Shown: positions 31,753-45,344, counted from the stretch's first letter. The stretch: DNA of 64,000 bases from Candidatus Latescibacterota bacterium (GCA_963667175.2 CAXXXF010000014.1:288001-352000); one strand, 5' to 3'. Numbers and translations are program-made. The notes: generated from the sequence alone by a model not told the origin.

Positions 31753-32119
31753 AAAAACGCCACCCTCTTTTCCCTTCCCGCCTTTCAGCCTCCTGACAGC
31801 CCGTCGGAAAAGTCCATCCGGACTGCTAAACCACGATCGATTCGACCCCTCGCTGTTGCCCGTCTTGACAGCCGACGGATTTCGTGCAAACAACGCCCGA
31901 GCGACCTCTTCGGTGGTCGCGTCGATGCTCACGTCTTCCTCCATCTCTCCCCCTTTTTCGCGTGGCGCATAGAGCTTACGACCTTTTGCGCTACGACCGT
32001 TCCTTCCGCAATTGCCCGATCCCATGATTGAGCCAGTGGCGCAACCTGTTCTTGCCATCTACGACAGGCTGGGACTCCCCCTCAATGGAAGAGTGACGAG
32101 AGGCGTGGTCGGGTTGGAC

Positions 32120-32153
32120 GGCGAATCGCACGTCGAGCAGGCGGCCCTTTATT
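32120..32153 (+). repeat. Third, degenerate remnant of the hsdR 5' end (ESHVEQAAL)
   Basis: acgtcgagcaggcggc is shared with the hsdR start. Confidence 0.55.
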
Positions 32154-32450
32154 TTCTGTCAACGGACACGGGCAGCGCGTATTGGGTTCCATTTTCCTTG
32201 ACTTCTCCGACAAAATTCGTGTCTTTTTCATCATGCCGCAGGGGATGCCGACTTGAACAAGGAAGGCGCCGATGACCGCGAGAAAGGAGACGGCCAAACA
32301 GGGGCGGCCTGTTACAAAAAGGACGCTCGGCAGGACTCCTGAACAACCGGAGTGTCTCCCATCGGCGATGTTTCGGGATTGGTGATTGGTGGGGAGGCGG
32401 AAGGAGAATGCGGTATCTGAGAAGGCGCAGCGCATATCGGGGGCAAACAG

Positions 32451-33038
32451 ATGCCTGAATGGTTGGATACAGGACTTCGGGTAATCACGCCACTGGGCAT
32501 GTTTGCCGTTGTCGCCATATCGGTTTACATCAACTGGAGACGTCCCAGGTACGCGAGTCTGAAGGATCAAGGAGAATGGAAGGGCGGAGTTGACGCGGAC
32601 ATAAAAAACATCAAGGAATTCATGAAGGAAATCCGCGAAGACGTCAAAGAGATTTTCGATCGACTACCTCCCAGGGCCGTCACTACGGAGAGTCCGCTCC
32701 GGCTGACGGATTTCGGAGAACGGATCGCGGAACACCTGCAGGCTCGCGATTGGGCAGGATCACTGGCGCCGACGCTGTCCAATGAGGTTGGGGGGAAACA
32801 GCCGTTTCAGATTGATGAATTCGCGAACGCTTACGTGCACGAAATGCTCGACGATGATTGGAATATGAGAATCGCGAGTTGCGCATATGAGTTCGGAATT
32901 GAAAAGGATGGCGTCCTTTCGGTGTTGAGAGTCGTGTTGCGGGATGCATTGCTTCGAACTTATGTGCCAACAATCGATAACAATCGATACCTGAATCACG
33001 CGGTGTCTGCGTCTGAACCGCTTACAATACGTCCATGA
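32451..33038 (+). CDS. Hypothetical membrane-anchored coiled-coil protein
   Basis: N-terminal TM helix, GEWKGGVD coiled coil, SPLRLT.FG motif. Confidence 0.6.
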   Translation: MPEWLDTGLRVITPLGMFAVVAISVYINWRRPRYASLKDQGEWKGGVDADIKNIKEFMKEIREDVKEIFDRLPPRAVTTESPLRLTDFGERIAEHLQARDWAGSLAPTLSNEVGGKQPFQIDEFANAYVHEMLDDDWNMRIASCAYEFGIEKDGVLSVLRVVLRDALLRTYVPTIDNNRYLNHAVSASEPLTIRP

Positions 33039-33398
33039 GACGACCAGGCGATTCTTACCCAAGGATTCGGGGTCCACGTTCGTTGCGCCATCCACGGAAT
33101 TCGTCGAATTAGCGTTTCTGGCGCGGATGTTCATTTTATGAAGGGGGCCGTAGCATTCCCGGCTTGAGCAACTCCCGGCTGGACTCGATCCCGTTGGATT
33201 GCGTTTGTTATCTCACATATTCCCCAACGGAGCGCCTGACAGTTTGATGCCTCACGCCTCGCGATCTTTCGGATGGGCTGAGGCATCATCTTTGTACGCT
33301 TCCGATCCTGAATCGCGTGACGCACGACAAAGCCATTCAGCGTCGGCCCGTCGATGTCCAGGGTACAGACCGATAAACATCCCTTCACAGGAACCCCC

Positions 33399-36563
<3,165 letters not shown>

Positions 36564-36614
36564 GGGAAGAAGCGCCTGACTGACTTGCCAATGCGCGTCT
36601 TTCGACCCATTTGT

Positions 36615-36643
36615 ATTGCGGCTTTGGATCAAGGATGGTACAT
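36615..36643 (+). promoter_or_regulatory. Extended -10 promoter, repeated near 40875
   Basis: TTGCGG-N17-TACATT with TGn; the copy ccatttgtattgcggc..tacatt lies at 40866-40903. Confidence 0.5.
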
Positions 36644-36741
36644 TGATGACCGAACTCTATCGAACATGATACAACGCTTCTAGGGATTTTTGTTCTTTCG
36701 CGTGTTTCGTCGTTTCCCTACGTGCCCGTACAGGGTGAACC

Positions 36742-38289
36742 ATGACCAGACGCAGACTGCCCATCGGCATTCAGACCTTCGCCAAAATCAGGGAAGAAAA
36801 CTACTACTACGTCGATAAAACGGTCCACCTGCGGCGACTGATCGACGAGGGTACGCACTATTTTTTATCTCGTCCGCGTCGCTTTGGGAAGAGCCTGTTT
36901 CTGGACACAATGAAGGAACTGTTCGAGGGCAATGAGCCGCTGTTCGAAGGGCTTCACGTTCACGACCACTGGGATTGGTCCGTTCGCTATCCTGTATTAC
37001 GCCTTGACTTTGGCAGCGGCAATCTTGATGAGCCGGAGAGCTTGCACAAAGAGGTGATGGCGCAGCTGGACGCGATAGAAAGAGAAACAGGCGTAGAGAG
37101 CCCTTACGATGCTGCTTCCGCACGTTTTCGCCATATCATCCAGATGTTGCATCGGGAGGCTGGTCAGCGCGTTGTCGTGCTGGTTGATGAATACGACAAG
37201 CCGATCCTGGATGTGCTGGAGACACCGGAGATTGCCCGTGCCAACCGCGACTTTCTTCGGGGTCTGTATTCGACGATCAAGTCCAATGATGCCCATATCA
37301 GATTCACGTTCCTCACGGGTGTGAGCAAATTCTCCAAAGTCAGCCTCTTCTCTGGCCTCAACAACCTCACTGACATCACCATTGATCCGCAATACTCCGA
37401 CTTATGCGGGTACACGGAAACGGACCTCGACGTGGTATTCGCGCCGGAACTGCCGGGGCTGGATCGGGAAGAGATTCGCGACTGGTACAATGGCTATAGC
37501 TGGCGGGGCGATGAGAAGGTCTATAACCCCTTCGATATCCTCCTGCTGTTTAGAAGGCACAGCTTCGAAGCCTACTGGTTCGAGACCGGCACGCCGGCGT
37601 TCCTTGTCGAGATACTACTGGATCGGGGCGTAGGTACCATCGCTTTGGACAATATGCTGGGTAGCGATGAATTGTTATCTACATTCGACGTGGACACCAT
37701 CGTTCCCGAAGCCCTGCTGTTTCAGACCGGATATCTGACCATCCTCCGTACGGAACCGCGCGGCGGGAGGATGTTCTACCGCCTGGGGTATCCGAATCGG
37801 GAAGTTCGGCAGAGCTTGAACGAGAGCCTGCTGAATCACCTGATTGGACACTCGTCGCGCGGCGTTGAGCACAGTGCCCGTTTGCATGATCTGCTGCTGA
37901 TCAATGACTTCGAGGGACTCAAGACCCTGTTCCACGCCTTCTTTGCCAGTATTCCCTATGAATGGCACACCAACAATGACGTCGCCAATTTCGAAGGCTA
38001 CTACGCCAGCGTGTTCTATTCCTATTTCGCGGCGCTGGGTCTCAATATCACCGTAGAGGACAGCGCAAGTCAGGGACGTGCGGATATGGCCGTTCACTTC
38101 AACGATAACGTCTACCTCTTCGAGTTCAAAGTGGTGGAACTGGCGTCTGCGGGCGCGGCGATGGCGCAATTGCAGGAGAAGAGTTACGCGGACAAATACC
38201 GCAACCTGAACCAGCCGATCCACCTGATCGGGGTCGAGTTCAGCAAGGATACCCGCAATATCACGGGCTTTGAGGTAGCCCGCGTGTGA
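36742..38289 (+). CDS. AAA-ATPase-like plus C-terminal PD-(D/E)xK (PDDEXK_9) protein
   Basis: LPIGIQTF..IR, YVDKT, SRPRRFGKS, DEYDKP, GRADM...LFEFK. Confidence 0.9.
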   Translation: MTRRRLPIGIQTFAKIREENYYYVDKTVHLRRLIDEGTHYFLSRPRRFGKSLFLDTMKELFEGNEPLFEGLHVHDHWDWSVRYPVLRLDFGSGNLDEPESLHKEVMAQLDAIERETGVESPYDAASARFRHIIQMLHREAGQRVVVLVDEYDKPILDVLETPEIARANRDFLRGLYSTIKSNDAHIRFTFLTGVSKFSKVSLFSGLNNLTDITIDPQYSDLCGYTETDLDVVFAPELPGLDREEIRDWYNGYSWRGDEKVYNPFDILLLFRRHSFEAYWFETGTPAFLVEILLDRGVGTIALDNMLGSDELLSTFDVDTIVPEALLFQTGYLTILRTEPRGGRMFYRLGYPNREVRQSLNESLLNHLIGHSSRGVEHSARLHDLLLINDFEGLKTLFHAFFASIPYEWHTNNDVANFEGYYASVFYSYFAALGLNITVEDSASQGRADMAVHFNDNVYLFEFKVVELASAGAAMAQLQEKSYADKYRNLNQPIHLIGVEFSKDTRNITGFEVARV

Positions 38290-38311
38290 CCCGGGAAGTA
38301 AGGAACCGGAT

Positions 38312-38620
38312 ATGGATGTGTACGAAAACATCGGAGACATATCTGACACGGTGCGTAGAGACATCGACCGGGGAATAGGTATCTTGAAAGCAGGAGGATG
38401 TAAAGCGGTCTTTCTCTTCGGATCAATTGTCGAGGGGAGGAGTAACTCGCGATCGGATATTGACTTCGCCGTCAGGGGATGCCCGGCAGGAATGTTCTAC
38501 AGGCTCCAGGGGAAATTGCTCCTGGAACTCACGCGATCTGCGGACCTTGTCGATCTGGACGCAGACATCGAACTGACGGCATTTCTCGAACGCGAAGCGA
38601 ACTTGACCCAGGTGGGATGA
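38312..38620 (+). CDS. Minimal nucleotidyltransferase (MNT) antitoxin-like protein
   Basis: LFGS....SDIDFAV, DLVDL. Confidence 0.85.
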   Translation: MDVYENIGDISDTVRRDIDRGIGILKAGGCKAVFLFGSIVEGRSNSRSDIDFAVRGCPAGMFYRLQGKLLLELTRSADLVDLDADIELTAFLEREANLTQVG

Positions 38621-38748
38621 AAGGCATGTAAGATACCTATTATTTTGAATTTAGGTCATTATTGGATACAAATGTCAAGTGGTGATTCTTGTGTCCGTTG
38701 CACCATCGGTACAATTCCAAACTTGCCTTCCCGCGGAATACAACAGTA

Positions 38749-38920
38749 CCCCCACCGCATCAGCCGTCGCCTGCCCTTCGACAAGCTCAGGGAACCGGCT
38801 CGGCTTCTGCGACTCCCCCTCAAGGGGGAGTGATGGCGCGGCGGTCTTTTCGTAGGTCTCATCACCGACAGAAATCCATCGATGTGGGCAGACAGGAATG
38901 TCTGCCCCACCCTCAAACTG
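38749..38920. repeat. Composite repeat module: R2 with R3 nested, followed by R5
   Basis: ccccaccgcatcagccgtcg..cccttcgacaagctcaggg..cgactccccctcaagggggagtgat...gggcagacaggaatgtctgcccc. Confidence 0.85.
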
Positions 38921-39042
38921 CCTACGTCGGCTTGACAGTGATTGCGAGGTGTTGGCGCAGACCGTCGGATGATCGGTATTTCTGACCAGGCAATGCCGTT
39001 CCTTAAATTCGTAGCTGGTCTATTGAATCACGGAAGGGAACC

Positions 39043-39420
39043 ATGGCGGCTGGGCTAACGGAACTGATCGAGCGGGCACCGTGGCGGGAGGCGGTTACGT
39101 ATCGAAAGACGTGGCCTCACGAGTACGTGTTGTCCGAAGAGGACGGACAAACTGAGCTTCTTGAAGCGATCCGGGAACGGTTCCGCACCGGAGAGGGTGT
39201 GTCTGGCCGCTTTTTCAGTACGAAGAATACGTACCTCTTTATCGGCGACTACAAATATTGGCTGATGACCCACTGGGACGAAATTGAGCCCGGAATTAAC
39301 TACGTCATCAACCGCGCCCGTCTCTACCGGGACCGGAGGGATTTTGTGATTCAATCCGGGGACATGGGGAGGCCTGAGGACTACCCGGTGACGCCCGCGT
39401 ACGACGATCACGATGCTTAA
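39043..39420 (+). CDS. Hypothetical protein
   Basis: Good SD; WREAVTY..TWPHEYV and YLFIGDYKYW motifs. Confidence 0.65.
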   Translation: MAAGLTELIERAPWREAVTYRKTWPHEYVLSEEDGQTELLEAIRERFRTGEGVSGRFFSTKNTYLFIGDYKYWLMTHWDEIEPGINYVINRARLYRDRRDFVIQSGDMGRPEDYPVTPAYDDHDA

Positions 39421-39433
39421 ATGAGGATTCTCC

Positions 39434-40471
39434 ATGTCAAATGACGACACCCTGCTCGCCTATCTGGTCCCCAAGCTGACCTCACGAGTCGAAGACGCTG
39501 CGACGGATGGGCTTGGCTATATACTTAAGAAGTCGGTACCAGCGATAGACGCCCTTAACGGCCTGCTCCGGCAGGGCGGTTTCTCGGGAAATCCCATTGT
39601 CAGAGTGGAGTCCCAGGTCGCGTACGAGGATGGTACGCGTCCCGACATGACGGGCTATGACGAACACGACGGGAAACGTCTGCTCGTGGAGGTAAAGTTC
39701 TGGGCAGCTTTAGGGGAAACCCAGGCGAGCGATTATCTTGGGCAACTTGACGAACCCGGTGCTGCGATGTTGCTGTTTATCGCTCCCCAGGCGAGGATCG
39801 AGACGCTATGGGCTCAGATTAACCGTCAAGTTGAAGCCGATGGAAGAAGAAAATTGGATACCATGGACAGTTCCGATGCTTTTCAAACCGCGAGGTTGGC
39901 AGGCGAAGAGAAGCGACTGATGCTGATCAGTTGGCGCACCCTGCTCGCCCATCTGGCTGCTTCAGCGGACACCGAAGAAGTCAAGGGTGACATACTGCAG
40001 CTGCAGGGGCTTGCGGAGGGACAGGATACTCATGCGTTCTTGCCCCTGCATTGCGAAGATGTAAGTCCTGAAGTCGCGCGGCGCATTTCGAACTACAAAA
40101 CACTCGTTGATGATGTGGTCGAACGTGAAGTTTCCAAGAAGTGGTTGAACATTGAGAAGCTAAAGGTCACCCCTCAGGTGTACGGATACGGACGGTTTTT
40201 TCGCTTTTCCAATATAAAGGGTGACTTCTGGATTGGCGTTAACTGTGAAAAATGGGCTGAAGACAGCGATACACCGTTGTGGCTATGGGTGGGAAAGGAT
40301 GTTCAAAAAAGCATGATTGCGATAGGCACTGCCTTGGGTATTCGAGTCTTCGACCGCTGGATTCCAATTCGGCTTAGAAGAACCGTGGAATATCGCGCGG
40401 TGTTGGACGATGTGACATGCCAGTTGAAGGAAATCGGAAGAGTTGTCGGGGCAATTATACCAGACGATTAG
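39434..40471 (+). CDS. PD-(D/E)xK nuclease-family protein
   Basis: ED.AT..L, RPDM....LLVEVKF.A.L...Q...Y. Confidence 0.75.
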   Translation: MSNDDTLLAYLVPKLTSRVEDAATDGLGYILKKSVPAIDALNGLLRQGGFSGNPIVRVESQVAYEDGTRPDMTGYDEHDGKRLLVEVKFWAALGETQASDYLGQLDEPGAAMLLFIAPQARIETLWAQINRQVEADGRRKLDTMDSSDAFQTARLAGEEKRLMLISWRTLLAHLAASADTEEVKGDILQLQGLAEGQDTHAFLPLHCEDVSPEVARRISNYKTLVDDVVEREVSKKWLNIEKLKVTPQVYGYGRFFRFSNIKGDFWIGVNCEKWAEDSDTPLWLWVGKDVQKSMIAIGTALGIRVFDRWIPIRLRRTVEYRAVLDDVTCQLKEIGRVVGAIIPDD

Positions 40472-40528
40472 GGTGTCGCAAAAAGCGACACCCAGGAAGG
40501 AGCCTTAGGGGCGTAGATCGCTTCACCA

Positions 40529-40810
40529 CCCACCGCATCAGCCGTCGCCGGCCCTTCGGCCCTTCGACCCTTCGACAGGCTCAGGGACCGCAAGCTCAGG
40601 GAAAGGCTCGGCTTCTGCCTGCCTGCCGCGCTCCGCGTAGCGCAGGCAGGCGACTCCCCCTCAAGGGGGGAGTGATGGCGAGGTGACGGCAAGGCATGCG
40701 TTTCTTATGTCCTTTAATCGAGAGCAATCCATCGACGTGGGCAGACTGGAATGTCTGCCTGCCTGCGCCTGCCAGTGACGCTTTGGCAGGCAGGCCCCAC
40801 CCTCAACCTG
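40529..40810. repeat. Composite repeat module with multiply nested insertions (R2 containing R3-in-R3 and R4; R5 containing R4)
   Basis: Removing 40618-40650 and 40758-40794 restores the host repeats as seen at 38749-38920. Confidence 0.85.
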
Positions 40811-41000
40811 CATACGTCAGCATGAACGATGTGGGGGAGCATCGTGCCGATGTCCGTATTTCAGGCCATTTGTATTGCGGCATTGGTCCAAAGATGATAC
40901 ATTTACATCCAAGTTTTATTGCACATTATGTAACGCCACCGACGAGCGGCCGTTTTTGATAGATTTCCCATGATAATTCAGACCGAAAAGGGACCCGGAT

Positions 41001-41309
41001 ATGGATGTGTACGAAGACATCGGAGACATATCTGACTCGGTGCGTAAAGACATCGACCGGGGAATAGGTATCTTGAAAGCAGGAGGATGTGAAGCGGTCT
41101 ATCTCTTTGGGTCAGTTGTCGAGGGGAGGAGTAGCTCTCGATCCGATATTGACTTCGCCGTCAGGGGATGTCCGGCAGGAATGTTCTACAGGCTCCAGGG
41201 AAAATTGCTCCTGGAACTCACGCGATCTGCGGACCTTGTCGACCTGGACGCAGACATCGAACTGACGTCATTTCTCGAACGCGAAGCGAACTTGACCCAT
41301 GTGGGATGA
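41001..41309 (+). CDS. MNT antitoxin-like protein, near-identical second copy
   Basis: Differs from 38312-38620 at only a few residues. Confidence 0.85.
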   Translation: MDVYEDIGDISDSVRKDIDRGIGILKAGGCEAVYLFGSVVEGRSSSRSDIDFAVRGCPAGMFYRLQGKLLLELTRSADLVDLDADIELTSFLEREANLTHVG

Positions 41310-41392
41310 GCGAACGCGAGCAGAATTGACCCACGAACTCGGACAGCTTGGGCATCTGCAATCGATTCGTGAACTAATGGGGGAGAAGAATA

Positions 41393-42160
41393 ATGGATGA
41401 GAAGGAATACCTGCGTGAGATAGAAGAGGCGCTTGGGAGCGACAACACACGCCTTGGGGAGGTCTGGAGCCGTACCAAGGAAGGCAAGTCTCCCAACGAT
41501 ATTTCCGAAGAACTAAACGTCTCTACAAGTGGTTTCGTTTACACATATTTAAGTTACATCAGGGCTATTATTGAGGGGGAAATCTCAAGAAGCCCAACAA
41601 TGGCAAAACAGATAGGTGGGGCGCTACGGAATTTTCTTAAACGTCACAAAGAGAACTTCTCTGATTATACTGTCCGGACGCTTACGAAGCGTGCAGAAGA
41701 ATGTGATCGTTGGGTGTCCGATGTCCAAGCTTTGGAAGAAGAGGATTCGGAAGTCGAACGGCAAACGACCAGTGTTGAAAAAACCCAGACGGCCGGAATT
41801 TATGTGTACACCTATCCGCACTACTTGCGCAATCCCGTTGTTCCGGGAACGGATGGCTACAATGATAGGACCTACCTAAAAATCGGGATGTCTGGGGGGA
41901 ATGTCCGCGAGCGCATATTGCGGCAGACGACAGGAATGCCGGAGCCTGCAATGATACTGCAAGTCTGGGTAGTTGACGACGACAATGACTTAGAGAACAG
42001 CGAAAAGAGAATCCACGAACACTTGAGCACCGTCGGCCACGGAACCGGCGGCAGCAGGCGTAGAGAGTGGTTGCTAACCAATGAAGATTCCGTAGCGTCA
42101 ACGGCAAGGTTAATTGGGCTCACGTGCCATTACGACCACAGGAACCAAGATTCCGTGTAA
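41393..42160 (+). CDS. GIY-YIG / T5orf172-like nuclease with N-terminal helical domain
   Basis: GIYVY, LKIGMS, RI..QTTGMPE, EKRIH..L, REW. Confidence 0.72.
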   Translation: MDEKEYLREIEEALGSDNTRLGEVWSRTKEGKSPNDISEELNVSTSGFVYTYLSYIRAIIEGEISRSPTMAKQIGGALRNFLKRHKENFSDYTVRTLTKRAEECDRWVSDVQALEEEDSEVERQTTSVEKTQTAGIYVYTYPHYLRNPVVPGTDGYNDRTYLKIGMSGGNVRERILRQTTGMPEPAMILQVWVVDDDNDLENSEKRIHEHLSTVGHGTGGSRRREWLLTNEDSVASTARLIGLTCHYDHRNQDSV

Positions 42161-42294
42161 TCGTACACCGGCGCGGAAGACAAGAAGCTGTTTTTTTGGC
42201 GTAATCACGGAACATTTGCTACTGTGAGCTTTCTTGGAATTGCAGCTTGTCCGAGAACGCGAGGATTCACCTGATCAGAGAAGGACGTGAAAAA

Positions 42295-43281
42295 ATGCCA
42301 CGTCTAACCGAAGCGCAGGTCGCGGAATTCGAGGCGCAGGGGTATCTGGTCGTGAGGGGGCTGTTCGATCCGGAAGCGGACCTCGAGCCTGTGATCGAGG
42401 AATACGCAGGGGTGCTGGACCGGCTTGCCGGCGAACTGTACGAAAACGGGGAGATCTCCTCGATGTACGAAGACCTCCCGTTCGGGGACCGGCTGACGCG
42501 GATCTACGCGGAGTCCGGCAAGGTGCACGCGCAGTATTTCGACTTTTCGCTGCCGCAGAAGAATGTCCGGGCGGATACCCCGATGTGGGTGGGGCCGGCA
42601 GTGTTCCGGCTGTTGCGGAACGAGAAGCTGCTCGACGCCGTGGAATCCCTGATCGGGCCCGAGATTTATTCAAATCCGGTGCAGCACGTCCGCCTCAAGC
42701 CGCCGGAGCACCTGTGCCCCGTCAACGAGACGGGACGCGTCCAGCTTGGCGCAACGCCGTGGCACCAGGATACGGGTGTGGTTCGGCCGGAAGCCGATGA
42801 CACGAATATGCTGACCGTGTGGTTCGGCCTGTGGGACGCGACTGTCGAAAACGGCTGCCTGGAGGTCATCCCCCGAAGCCACCGCGAAGGGCTGCTGCAT
42901 CACTGCCATGCGACCTCGACGATGTCGCGTGGGTTCGGCCTGCAGATTCCCGACCGGCTGCTGCGGCAGGGAGACGGCGTGGTGCTTCCCATGAAACGCG
43001 GCGACGTGCTGTTCTTCCACCGCCTGAACTGCCACTCCTCGCTGCCCAACAATAGCGACAATATCCGCTGGAGCTTCGACCTTCGGTACAACCCCATCGG
43101 CCAACCCACCGGACGCGGCTCGTTTCCGGGATTCGTCGCGCGCAGCCGCTCGAATCCCGAAAGCGAACTGCACGATCCCGCAGAATGGGCGAGGTTGTGG
43201 CACGAGGCCAGAAGCCGGCTCGCCCGCAGCGCGGATCCAACGTACAATCGCTGGAAGGTTGACGATCCGGTCTGTGCGTGA
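42295..43281 (+). CDS. Phytanoyl-CoA dioxygenase (PhyH) family Fe/2OG dioxygenase
   Basis: F...GYLVVRGLF, PWHQD, ENGCL.VIP.SH, H.S.PN, RWSFDLRY. Confidence 0.9.
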   Translation: MPRLTEAQVAEFEAQGYLVVRGLFDPEADLEPVIEEYAGVLDRLAGELYENGEISSMYEDLPFGDRLTRIYAESGKVHAQYFDFSLPQKNVRADTPMWVGPAVFRLLRNEKLLDAVESLIGPEIYSNPVQHVRLKPPEHLCPVNETGRVQLGATPWHQDTGVVRPEADDTNMLTVWFGLWDATVENGCLEVIPRSHREGLLHHCHATSTMSRGFGLQIPDRLLRQGDGVVLPMKRGDVLFFHRLNCHSSLPNNSDNIRWSFDLRYNPIGQPTGRGSFPGFVARSRSNPESELHDPAEWARLWHEARSRLARSADPTYNRWKVDDPVCA

Positions 43282-43288
43282 GCGATAA

Positions 43289-44089
43289 CTACGCTTCGGC
43301 GATGGTTTCGCGCAGGTGCCGCGCGGCAAGCCTGAACGTCTCGCGGTCGTCGCATTCGTTGACGTCCTGCCCCTCGAAGGTGATGGAAACGACGCCGTTG
43401 AAGCCCGCTGACTTGAGAATCCCGATAATGCGAGGGTAATCGAGCCACTCCTCCCGGCCGCTGTCGATCTTGTAGATCTTGGCGCGGACGTACGACGCGA
43501 ATGGGGCGGTCTGTTCCATATATTGGTAGATGTCGACGTCCGGATCGCCCACACCGCGGTTCTGCGCAGGCGACCCCACCCACTGGCCGGTGTCCAGGAT
43601 AAACGTAAAATTCTCGCGGTCGGTTTCCCGCAGAATCCGCAGGACGTTGTCGCCCGTACTCGGGTGATTCTGCAGGCCGACGATAATCCCGGACTCGGCC
43701 GCGAAATCGCACACTTCCTGGAAACATCGGATCTCACTTTCAGGGTCACCGTCACCCGGCGCCCCGCAGAAGAGCCGGATCATCGGCGCACCCAGGAAAG
43801 CGGCCACTCCCACGTCTCCCTTCGCCTGCTCGACCTTTCGACGCAATTCCTCATCCGTCCCCACGAAATGGCCGCCGGACGCCAGATAGCCGATGGGAAG
43901 CCCGGCTTTCAGGCATTTTATCTTCAGGTCCCGCAGATAGCCGCGGTCCAGGGAACCGAATCCCACGTCCACCCGGAAATCAATGACATCCAGCTTCAAC
44001 TCGTACGCGAGGTCAATGAACGACTCGACGTCCGGGAAGGCCTTGGGTTCTTCCTTGCCAAAATACGACGCGTATATGCCGACTTTCAT
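43289..44089 (-). CDS. Sugar-phosphate isomerase/epimerase (AP endonuclease 2 TIM barrel)
   Basis: A.FLGAP.IRLF, LQNH, LDTG.W, GF.G.VSI.FEG. Confidence 0.8.
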   Translation of the reverse strand: MKVGIYASYFGKEEPKAFPDVESFIDLAYELKLDVIDFRVDVGFGSLDRGYLRDLKIKCLKAGLPIGYLASGGHFVGTDEELRRKVEQAKGDVGVAAFLGAPMIRLFCGAPGDGDPESEIRCFQEVCDFAAESGIIVGLQNHPSTGDNVLRILRETDRENFTFILDTGQWVGSPAQNRGVGDPDVDIYQYMEQTAPFASYVRAKIYKIDSGREEWLDYPRIIGILKSAGFNGVVSITFEGQDVNECDDRETFRLAARHLRETIAEA

Positions 44090-44190
44090 CGCAAGACCTC
44101 CTATCTAGTCCAATGGCGGGGAGACCTACACCCTATACTCCTTCCAGGGTGAAGGAGGGAACTGTCATCACCTGTACACGTTTCGCTTTG

Positions 44191-44230
44191 CTCCCCCTCT
44201 CCGCCCGGGAGAGGGGGTTGGGGGGAGAGG
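44191..44230. repeat. R1-family palindrome in reverse orientation
   Basis: ctccccctctccgcccgggagaggggttggggggagagg. Confidence 0.6.
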
Positions 44231-44308
44231 TCTGCGTTCCATCCATTTTTGCTACATGACGACGCGGATATCCACCGGTTGTGTTTTTGATCTTCGTTCT
44301 TGCCTTTA

Positions 44309-44339
44309 GCTGACTGCTGACCGCTGATTGCTGATCGCT
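44309..44339. repeat. Heptamer tandem repeat (GCTGAYY) x4
   Basis: gctgact gctgacc gctgatt gctgatc. Confidence 0.7.
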
Positions 44340-44372
44340 TTTTTCTGCGAGGCCGGGAGCAGTGGTTTTGAT

Positions 44373-45218
44373 TCACACCGCGCGGTTGGCGTCGTCGTAG
44401 TACTGATTGATGCCGGGTACTTCTCTCATCCCGTGCCATACGCCTCTGAACAGCGACTGGCGTTTGGGCGGCAGCGCGGCGATCACCTCCGCGGGGGGGC
44501 ACCCCTTGCCCCACTTGGCGTTGACCGTGTTGTAGCAGGTGAAGAGACTCAGCCGGTCGCGGGTCTCGTTGGTCCAGCGCGTTCCCGTGTGGCAGAGCGC
44601 CTCGGTAAAGATCACCGCCGATCCCGCGGGACAGGTGTAGGTCTCCCACAGCGAACTGTCCCGGCCGCTGACTTCCTCGGGTCGCGGAAAGGCCGCCTTG
44701 TGGCTGCCCGTGAGGAACATCGTTCCCCCGTCTCCCGGACCCACCTCATTGAGTTCCCACACCACGCGGGTCAGGCCCGAATGGACCTTCCCAGGCAGCA
44801 TCTGGTAAATATGGGAATTGCCGGAAAAGGAAAAATAGGCGCCTCCGCCGTGGGGCCGGAAGTTGTCGTGGCCGGCCTCTCGGTGGCTGGTGTACGTGTG
44901 ATCGTACCGGAACCCGTAGCAGTCTTCCGTTGCCAGCGGGCGATGCGAGAGGATTTCGTTAAGCACGCCGACAACCGCCGGATGATCCAGAAGCGCCTGT
45001 GACGGCCCCCCGTGGTTGTCGCGTTCCTCCGGGGAAAGCGCGTCGCGACGGTAGAGAAAGTCCATCTGGTGCCGCCGGATCCGGTCGAGTTGATCTTCGT
45101 CGAACAATCCGGGCAGAGAAATCCAGCCTTTCAGATCGAACGTGTACTTCTGCGCGTCGGTCATCGGCACAACCGGGAGACCGTCCGCGTTGGTGGTGGG
45201 GAGAAGCTCGGTATCCAT
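44373..45218 (-). CDS. PhyH-family dioxygenase
   Basis: KYTFDLKGW, PHGG, DGGT.FL.GSHK, FTEAL.H. Confidence 0.8.
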   Translation of the reverse strand: MDTELLPTTNADGLPVVPMTDAQKYTFDLKGWISLPGLFDEDQLDRIRRHQMDFLYRRDALSPEERDNHGGPSQALLDHPAVVGVLNEILSHRPLATEDCYGFRYDHTYTSHREAGHDNFRPHGGGAYFSFSGNSHIYQMLPGKVHSGLTRVVWELNEVGPGDGGTMFLTGSHKAAFPRPEEVSGRDSSLWETYTCPAGSAVIFTEALCHTGTRWTNETRDRLSLFTCYNTVNAKWGKGCPPAEVIAALPPKRQSLFRGVWHGMREVPGINQYYDDANRAV

Positions 45219-45344
45219 AAATGACCTCGCAGGTTGATAGGGGTTGCGCTGTCTGCCGGTGCCGGTCCCACAAGAGCGGTGAGACGGGAGATGGAAGAGG
45301 AAAAACGGTTAGCGATATGCCGTCGCGATGTCAATCGGCGACGC

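Noticed and set aside
31760-32060. Possible IS-associated small ORF remnant (IDATTEEVARALF) on the minus strand
   Set aside because: Too short and degenerate, with no transposase or terminal repeats seen.
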